64,000 nt of DNA from Octopus vulgaris (lineage: Eukaryota): the NCBI GenBank assembly GCA_951406725.2, contig OX597821.1, forward strand, positions 71,486,001-71,550,000, given 5' to 3'. The stretch's first letter is position 1. The number at the start of each line of letters is the position of its first letter. The notes beneath the pieces were generated by a model. That model saw nothing but the letters and a program-made list of their open reading frames with translations, did not search any database and was not told the origin of the DNA. The position numbers and the translations under genes are program-made. Shown here piece by piece: positions 54,571 through 64,000 of the stretch.

Positions 54571-55182
54571 ATGCAGTGAGAATGAATTTGAGTAATCGTT
54601 AATCAACTTAATAACCATAATTTACCTTATAGTATGGATAAATTAATTATAAATTCCCCATCCTTATGAACACAAAGTATTTATTTAATTGGCTGTGTGA
54701 GTGTGTGTGTGCCAAACCATGCGCGTGCGTATGTTTATATTTCCGTGTAAGTTTGTACAATCGAGTGTACGCACGCCATACAACCTAAGTGAGGGCGTTT
54801 GCACATCCATATCTGCAAATGGTTACATTTAATACTTCTTTTGCTGTATTGTGCATTTGTTTCTTTTTGCATTTAATTTTTATTGATCTTCTATCATACA
54901 ATAATAAAGTTCTATCCCTTAATTTGCTGCTTTTTTAAACACACACCGAGAAGTAAACTTGCGGAACAGACGTTATTTTAACGAGATACACCTATAAATC
55001 ACCTGAAGAGACACATCTACACCGACGGACATTCCTGAACCAGTTTTTCAATATCTCACCGGTGAAGGATCAATGCTAGATGAGTCAAAACAATTGTAGT
55101 AATCTACAAACATACCCGAGTCTTCCATCTTCCGTCTCTCTCATTAATCAAATGCACACACACACACACATGTATGTATATG

Positions 55183-55258
<76 letters not shown>

Positions 55259-56040
55259 TTTCGTTGGTTCACCAAGAAGCGATGAATTTCAGAACCCAGT
55301 CCATAAATGTATTCTTTACTACATTATAAATGAAATGCTAATCATTTCTAACAATCTGCGATAGGCGTCTCCAGTTTTTCAGCTGCTGATCTCAGTTCGT
55401 TTCCCTTTGAATTATCTGGTGTATACATATTGCACAACCCGAGACAATGGTTAACAACGCTGGCTCAGTACTTTGAACTTGAACTCCAGATCATATTATT
55501 GTGAAGCGAAGTTTTTAACCACATGCCTATGTCTGCGACTATGTATGTCACAATATCTCATTACCAAACAAATGTCGTTATAAAAGAAGGCTATATAGTT
55601 TCGCGAAAGTTATTTCTTCTTGGAAAACAAATCGTATCCAATTATTTGACAGTAAGAAAAGAAAATTTCATCATGAAATTCAAATATTTTATACAAACGG
55701 GTTTGTTTTGCCTACGAATCCCCAACATTCACCACTTTATGTGCAGTCTATATTTATTTAGTAACACTTCATCAATCACTCCTCCGAAATATATACAATG
55801 CTGAATTTTCGCAGCATTTCAACTTCTTTTCAAAAGCTTTGCAACTCTCTCTCCCTTTCGTTTCATTGATATTTAACGAGATGGGATTGGATGCAAACGG
55901 TTTCTTGAACTTTCATAAGATTTCACAAAACAACAAAAATATTATTTCTAGACCAATAATGAAATCCCCAAAGCTGTGCAACAGATTTATTTTAAGGGAC
56001 ATAATATCGATGTATCCAACACATGACATGCGTGTATGTG

Positions 56041-56099
<59 letters not shown>

Positions 56100-56187
56100 A
56101 TGAGTGTGTGTGTTTGTATGTATGTATCTACATATATGCACATATATTCATGCATGCAAATCTCACTCTCTCTCTCTCACTCGCTCC

Positions 56188-56262
<75 letters not shown>

Positions 56263-56352
56263 CTTTGGGCTTTCGTTTTTATATATTTTTCTATCAAGAA
56301 ATAAATGGATAACTGCTGGATCTCCTCTTTCTTTTGTTTCCTTGCTTATATA

Positions 56353-56770
56353 TTTATTTCTTTATTGCCCACAAGGGGGCTGAATATAGAGGGGACAAAC
56401 AAGGACAGACAAACGGATTAAGTCGATTACATCGACCCCAGTGCATAACTGGTACTTATTTAATCGACTCCGAAAGGATGAAAGGCAAAGTCGACCTCGG
56501 CGGAATTTGAACTCAGAACGTAGCGGCAGACGAAATACCTATTTCTTTACTACCCACAAGGGGGCTAAACACAGAGAGGACAAACAAGGACAGACTAACG
56601 GATTAAGTCGTTTATATCTACCCAGTGCGTAACTGGTACTTATTTACTCGACCCCGAAAGAATGAAAGGCAAAGTCGACCTCGGCGGAATTTGAACTCAG
56701 AACGTAGCGGCAGACGAAATACGGTTACGCATTTCGCCCGGCGTGCTAACGTTTCTGCCAGCTCGCCACC
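56353..56770 (-). mobile_element. Family A SINE dimer (head plus two tandem bodies), 13-bp TSD
   Basis: Same gaaatacc|tatttc junction as the 5353 trimer; TSD ccttgcttatata at 56340-56352 and 56775-56787. Confidence 0.92.
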
Positions 56771-56829
56771 CTTCCCTTGCTTATATAGATTACCGACGCC
56801 GACGCCACGACTACCACTACTGTGGAAGA

Positions 56830-57035
56830 CTCGTACCCTTGATAGAATAACGGACATAATATCTTGCTGTATTTTTGCTGGCTCGCTAACGTTCTAAGTT
56901 CAAATCTCGCCGATGAAAACTGTCGCTTTCCTCTGTCCGAGAGAAAATAAAAGTACCAGTCAAATACTTGGGTCGATGGTATTGACTAACCTTCTCTTTC
57001 CTAAATTGCTGGCCTTGAGCCTAAATTAGGAATCA
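56830..57035 (+). mobile_element. Diverged family A-like SINE
   Basis: acgttctaagttcaaatctcgccga...aaagtaccagtcaaatacttgggtcgat...aaattgctggccttgagcc. Confidence 0.7.
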
Positions 57036-57136
57036 ATTATTTGTTTTTAATTCAGTTACATCTAATTTGCTGCTGTTGCTGCTGCTACAACTACAACTAC
57101 GGTTGCTGCTGCTGCTGCTACTGTTGCTACTACTGT

Positions 57137-57171
<35 letters not shown>

Positions 57172-57301
57172 ATGATGGTGATGGTACTTTTATACTTACT
57201 GCTACTTCTTTCTTCTTTCTCTCTTTTCTACATTTGTCGTAATGTAGATGTCATCGTTGTCGCTGTCGTCATAATCATTTACGTCACGTCCCTTGTCTTC
57301 A

Positions 57302-57370
57302 TCGTCCGTCGTCGTCCGTCGTCGTCCGTCGTCGTCCGTCGTCGTCCGTCGTCCGTCGTCCGTCGTCGCC
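57302..57370. repeat. (CGT)n/(CGTC) CpG-rich microsatellite
   Basis: Direct reading. Confidence 0.93.
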
Positions 57371-57564
57371 GCCATCATTACTGTAACCCCCTCCCCCCGT
57401 TACCGCCGCCATCCTTGTCTTTGACGTCGTCTGACTGATATTTCAACCCCGGCTCCTGTTTTACGATATTGTCATTCCTATGTAAAGCGAAGAAGCTGCA
57501 CAGTAAGCAAAGTGTCAGGCGGGAAATAAAACACAAACCGCCCCAGGCTTTGTGTGTGCGTGTG

Positions 57565-57597
<33 letters not shown>

Positions 57598-57738
57598 CGG
57601 GCTTAGTCGAGTGTCAGGTTTCAAGAGCCATTTCTTTCTTGTCTCAGTTTATATTTCAAAATACAATTTAATGTTAGTGTGCCGACCGCTTTCCAAATTC
57701 TTCATCTCGTACATACATGCAAAAGCAAACTCGTATAT

Positions 57739-57829
<91 letters not shown>

Positions 57830-57967
57830 CACACACATACACACACACACATATATATATATATTTACTCACACACATATACATATACATATATATCCAT
57901 AGGTATAAATATGTAAAAAACATGTTTTGAAATATATATCTATATGTGTATATACAAACACACACAT

Positions 57968-58052
<85 letters not shown>

Positions 58053-58126
58053 GCATGTATGTATGCATGTATGCATAAGAATCCGTGTGGGTGTGTGTGC
58101 GTGTGTAAGTATCTGTATGTATCTTC

Positions 58127-58162
<36 letters not shown>

Positions 58163-58821
58163 GTATGTATTTACGTGTACATGTCTATGTGTGTGTGTGT
58201 GTAGCAAGGCATGTCGAACATCTTTCTGGTGAGAAAGGTCGCCATGTGTAGAGAAATAGTTTCTTCTTCATTCCCAACGAGATCCACTGACTCTTCTCCT
58301 GTTACCATTTCCAATCCAATTCCTACAGCCATGGCCCGCAGATCACCAATTCCACTGACTAATCCTAATTGCTATATCATTTGACAAGTTGGATTTTATG
58401 TAGAGATTGCTGCTGCCAGCGGATGCCATATCGCATTGGGACTCCACAAGGCCATAATGCTAAGTTCCTTTCAGTATTCACTCATACAACGCCGTCAGCC
58501 CATCCTTCTCCAAGCATGGGTCTAATCTTTTCTAAACACTAAACTCAGCAGGTGCTGGATTCCACATTGCATGCCAGTGAAACCCTCGTCTGGTTCTTAA
58601 TATATTGCTTACATTTCAGAAATTAGTTCATTCGAATCGACACTGCAGTGGTTTTAGTGTTGAAGTAGGGACCTGACAACTTAAACTCGACAATACCAGT
58701 TCACAAAATACTAGCATTTGGCTACATTCTCTTTATTCTTCTTAGAATAGTGAGATGTTTGTTTTTGTTCTCTCTCTCTCTTTCTCCCTCCCTTTCTCTC
58801 TTCCTCTCTTCATGTGTGTGT

Positions 58822-58879
<58 letters not shown>

Positions 58880-58984
58880 TTCAGAATGTTGCTTCTCAGC
58901 TATGATGTGCCCAGTCTCACTGTGCGGCATCTTGCATAAGTGTTTTCTCCTATAGCCCCGGGTGGCCCACACCCGTGTGAGTGG

Positions 58985-58988
<4 letters not shown>
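58880..58988 (+). mobile_element. Family B SINE 5' fragment
   Basis: cagtctcactgtgcggcatcttgcataagtgt...tatagccccggg...tgtgagtggattt. Confidence 0.7.
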
Positions 58989-59049
<61 letters not shown>

Positions 59050-59088
59050 CATACATACATACATACATACATAATACATACATACATA

Positions 59089-59120
<32 letters not shown>

Positions 59121-59359
59121 CAAAGATATAAATTAAAAACACATATAGTAAATACACAAACTCTTCATCAGTTATCGGCAAGAAGGTCAAACGTAATTTC
59201 ACGCCTTTAACGATAATATTGATCTCTTTTTGTGACGGCCTGCAAGAAACGGCTGGGAAATGGGGCCAAAGCATAACAGAACGAGAATAGACAAACAATA
59301 AATGGATAACCAAGGATAATGCAGAAGGGGACATTCGAAAACGACTAAATGTAATTCAA

Positions 59360-59545
59360 GACGAGATTCAGTGTGGCACAGAGTGTGACAAGGTTGGCCC
59401 TTTGAATTACTCGTACTATTCATTTTTGCCAGGTGAGTGAACTGGAGCAACGTGAAATGAAGTGTCTTCCTCAAGGACGCAATGCGCTGCTAGGAATCGA
59501 ACTCACGACCGTAAGCCGAATATACTAGCTAGTAAGTCATGCGCT
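59360..59545 (-). mobile_element. Family D tRNA-derived SINE fragment
   Basis: actggagcaacgtgaaatgaagtgtcttcctcaaggac...ggaatcgaactcacgacc (B box, reverse). Confidence 0.75.
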
Positions 59546-60221
59546 ATCCCCATATATGCTTACACATACACACACAGACATGTAAGCATAATTAGAACTC
59601 ATATATTTATGTAAAGGCACTGCCTCAGTTCAAGGCGGGACCCCTGCATAGCGGCAGTCTAATGACTGAAGTATGTAAAAGAGAAGCAGATATACACGGT
59701 TAGCAAGTTGGATAAAGAGTAAGTCAAAAATAACCATTAACTAAAGGCTGTTGCCACGCTAGCCTTAGATCTTTTCATGGAAAAGGATGGGGATTCAGGC
59801 AACTGAATAACGTGTTGTAGATACAGCGGAAATGGTGGTATAAAATGAACGGAAGAAGTTCAGCCTTGAAGGGAACACAACAGGTAACAGGTATACATGA
59901 AATCTCAAAAGCTTCAACATTTTACATTTGGAATTAAAAGGAGAGCGAAAATATTAATTGATTTAGTCTTTTTTGTACGAAGAGCGACTTTTACACACGC
60001 AAATATGCAAACATCTATACAAACTCACAACCACACACACACACACACACATATACGTTTGGTTCAGGCTCATGTCAAGTGTAGGGACCATTAATCTGAA
60101 ATGTCAAGTCGACAAATCCTTTGTCATTTTGACACTGCAAGTACATTCTGTAATACTTTAATAGAATTAAAACAGAAGTAGCAGCGGTCGAATCATGCAG
60201 TCAATGTAACAATTTCCATTA

Positions 60222-60269
<48 letters not shown>

Positions 60270-60367
60270 CAGATAATAGAAATTGTTTGCAATATATATA
60301 TTGAGAGAGAGAGAGAGAGAGAAACAGAGACAAAGAGAAAGAGACAGACAGAGACAGATACTTGTGT

Positions 60368-60427
<60 letters not shown>

Positions 60428-61559
60428 TTTTAAATAATAATATATCTAAATAATCATCACCTGTTTACTTATTCACAATAACTTAAGACTTGCATAACGT
60501 CAAGATTAGTTACTCTGACTTAAATAATATCGTTTTCAAGCTTACCCATTACAACAAAAGCAGACAAGCATCCACACAGCCTTTACCACACGCTCCTCCG
60601 AAATCCTACCAACAGCGTAGTGGTATGCTCTTGTGTCGCATGTAAACAGTTGTAATATTTACACTCACATAGACACATACACGTACGTATGATTGCATGC
60701 ACACACTCATGCAATCACACACATTTACATATACATTTATTAATACTCTTTTATACGCATATGGAATAAAGTATCTGTTAAAAGTTGAGGCGAGCAAGTA
60801 AGCGTAATTTGAACCTATAATGACACTTGCGGAAGCGGTTTACTTTCTGCTTCTATTTTAAGTCAATTTTATGCATAATACAGCTGGAATTACGGTGCCT
60901 ACGATAAAATAGTGTTACATGTTGCTATATACATTACACTTGAAAGGGTGTGCATGTGATACCTGTCACATCAAAAAGTTTAGCAGTTTCAAACGTTAAA
61001 TTGATATTTCCATAAACAAGTGGAAATTTTTACATTTTTTATAAAATAATTCGTTGGTACGGTTTTAGTCCGGGTTAGTAGTATCTATCCAGATAGTAAT
61101 AAGAACATCGAAATTGGGGTTTTATGGAGAAAAGGGGAAAAACGTATCAAATGTTTGTTCGAAGCAAGTGTTTGTTTCTACAAAGTAGAATGAAATCATA
61201 AAGAGACACAGAGTGTCTCGCTATCTGCTACTCTTCCTGCAACAAATATTTTTGTTGTATGAACGATTGTGCGCAACAAGACTCCATATAGCAGTTAAGT
61301 AATTCATCAACTTCGAACGAATATATACATTTGTGCAGCATGTATAGTAAGAGAAATATCACTCTCCTCCTTTCCCTCTCTCCCCTTTTCCTCTCTCCCT
61401 CTTTTCTTCTCTCCCCCTTTCTCTCTCTCCCCCCTTTCCTTCTCTCGCTCGCTATCTCTTTCTCTATGTTGTAGGTGTTTATCTTTTTCTATTTTCCGAC
61501 CCATTCAACATGGAACAACCCATATTTCCGTATACTTAATAAATACCAGTCATATGAAT

Positions 61560-61980
61560 TAAATTATCGGACAAAATACCTTGCAGTGTTTAGGTACGCC
61601 CTTTACATTCCGTGATCAAATCGCGAAGGAGTGGTCTTTGGCTCTATCTCTCTAATAGCTTATAACACTAGTACCAGTAATGTACGTGTGTCAATTCAAG
61701 AGTCTTATCATTCCCAACAAATTTCTAGTTGGAGCGTTGTATCAATTTCTTTCGAGCTTTCGACTTAAAATTTAATAATTAGCAACGAAGCACGGGAAAT
61801 GGACAAGAAGACACAGAAGAGCGTCGAACAAAATGATTTGCAATGCCTTTATGGTTGGAGTTCAGATCTCAATGGAGTTGAATTTACCATGCAACAGTTC
61901 TTCGTTGATAAAGTGCTAGTCAATTACTGGATCGATATAATCAACTAAACACTTTCATCAAAAGTGGTTGACTTTGTACT
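61560..61980 (+). mobile_element. Two very old family A-like SINE remnants
   Basis: tcggacaaaatacc...gtaccagtaa and gtcgaacaaaatg...gagttcagatctc...gataaagtgctagtcaattactgg. Confidence 0.4.
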
Positions 61981-62454
61981 TTTCATAGCCTAAGAAATAC
62001 ATGATTACCTCAACTTACGTCGGTAACTGGTTCCGAGGCAATTAAACTCGAGAAACGACGTAACGCGAAAGATTTAATAACCGAAAAGTACAGCAGCATT
62101 TCATGTAATGAGTTCAAATCAGCATAAATGCATTCATTCACTCAAAATATAACCGTCATTGTTAGTAAAGACATTTCATTATCTCGAAACTAGTTTTCTG
62201 ATTCCTCGGGTAAAGGATTCAGGTTCTTTTAGAAGAGAAAAATGTTTCGAGTTCCGTTTCGACATCGTCCCTTCTTGCAAACGCTTTTCTACCGGCAAAA
62301 TGTCCAAGTAATCTCTTGAAATTAATTAAGGGAAGTGAGGCATGTCTTTTCTTGGCTCATCTTCACCGAATGTGACTTGTATTGTGGGAGGACGACCGAA
62401 GAGGTACTCGCTTCCCTTCTCTATACATTTTTTTTTTTTTGCTTCAGATGCATA

Positions 62455-62855
62455 GGCGCAGGAGTGGTTGTGTGGTAAGTAGCTTGCTAACCAGCCACAT
62501 GGTTCCGGGTTCAGTCCCACTGCGTGGCATCTTGGGCAAGTGTCTTCTGCTATAGCCCCGGGCCGACCAATGCCTTGTGAGTGGGTTTGGTAGACGGAAA
62601 CTGAAAGAAGCCTGTCGTATATATGTATATATATATGTGTGTGTTTGTGTATGTCCCCCTAGCATTGCTTGACAACCGATGCTGGTGTGTTTACGTCCCT
62701 GTCACTTAGCAGTTCGGCAAAAAGAGACCGATAGAATAAGTACTGGGCTTACAAAGTATAAGTCCCGGGGTCGATTTGCTCGACTAAAAGGCGGTGCTCC
62801 AGCATGGCCACAGTCAAATGACTGAAACAAGTAAAAAGAGAAAAAAAGAGAAAGA
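62455..62855 (+). mobile_element. Family B tRNA-derived CORE-type SINE, full length
   Basis: Near-identical to 36059-36440. Confidence 0.93.
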
Positions 62856-64000
62856 GATGATCTTGCACAGTGGACCAAGATTTATTAAGCCACCGGGATG
62901 AGTCCCCGCTACTTTGACGCGGTTCCTCTTCAATTCCTGTCTTCATTGCGTCATTATTGAGAACAATCTTCCCGACCGATAACCATCTAAAAGATCGAAA
63001 TCACCGTTTTTGAATTTGCCGAACCAGTTTTGTATTTCCAAACACTCACACCACCACGTTATTCAGTATATCCATTTTTCTTTGCATGCGGTGCATAGTT
63101 GTGCTTATGAAGTGCGTAAAGCATTCAATGCTAAATATGTAGCTCACAAAAAATCCCTTCAAATCCAATATTTATCACATAGACTAGATACAAACACAGC
63201 ATGGCTTCACATTAAAGTTTGCTCATTAACTCTATGCTGATTAGTTGAGAGCAAGGATATCTTTCATTGGCTTGTAAGCTATGACGTCAAACTATTTGCT
63301 TAAAACCAGACACTACTTTTCGGTACCTCTAATATCTGTTTCAATAATTTATTTGTATATATTTTCACTTGTATTTTCTCCACTTCAATATTGGTTTTTA
63401 CGTGTGTATTTTTCTTAATTCTATGCTTTTAAATATATTTGATGAGACCGACGTTAAGTTGGATAAATCGACTGGTTTCCAGATTTATCTTTTTCCATTA
63501 ATTACTTAAAAGAACATCGTAAAGTCGAAATGACGTAAGTGGAGCTATGTCTACATATTATCTTTCGTTTCGTTTATAATTAGTTTATCCGCTTACTTAT
63601 AATTTCCTTCGTTTGTTGGAATTTAAATTATCATTTCTTAAGATCGTGTAAAGTATTACAAAGAGCAACGCGATAACGTTTCGCTGTGTATTACACATAA
63701 AGCTGGCGAACTTCGATACGTTCGTGTATCGTTTGGCGACATAAACACAAACATTTCCTATAAAGTTCCCTTCCTACTCCGCAGATAGGCGTTGCCTGAA
63801 ACGTGTGTGTTCACTCCTCAACACGCCAGATGACTGTATCCTAATTTAAAGGCAGTATTAAGTGATTGCAGACCACCGCTGTTTTTCTCATATTCTCTCG
63901 CTGTGAAGATATGTTGCCCGTACACAACGCTATTCTTTCGGAAAGGAATGTTATTTATAAAACTAACTATTAGTTATATGAAGGACAAAAACAGTAAGAT

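Noticed and set aside
54999-55066. tcacCTGAAGAgac downstream of the PLE fragment
   Set aside because: No closing stem II or GAAA

Overview
AT-rich eukaryotic genomic DNA with very dense microsatellites ((TA)n, (CA)n, (TATG)n, (AAT)n, (ACT)n, (GA)n, (GATA)n). The SINE families and repeat style point to a coleoid cephalopod, probably Octopus (inference from remembered repeat families, not a database search). No intact host protein-coding gene is recognisable, and almost all listed ORFs are microsatellite translations. A few splice-signal-bounded minus-strand segments may be exons of a long-intron gene. The rest is decayed transposable elements: tRNA-derived SINEs, LINE fragments (CR1-group, RTE, R4/Dong-like, HERO), Penelope-like elements (PLEs) with GIY-YIG domains, a hAT/ZBED1-like transposase and a deleted mariner. 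The most notable signal is at least seven type I hammerhead-ribozyme folds (2777, 3893, 24914, 27401, 27729, 36929, 39001), mostly in small non-coding elements abutting (TA)n tracts. They include all three Watson-Crick versions seen here of the core 3-8 pair (C-G, U-A, G-C). Two lie in 1.2-mer elements with terminal direct repeats, and one terminates a PLE with a 5' inversion. This suggests a (TA)n-targeting PLE/retrozyme system. All folds were made by eye and need computational and biochemical confirmation.
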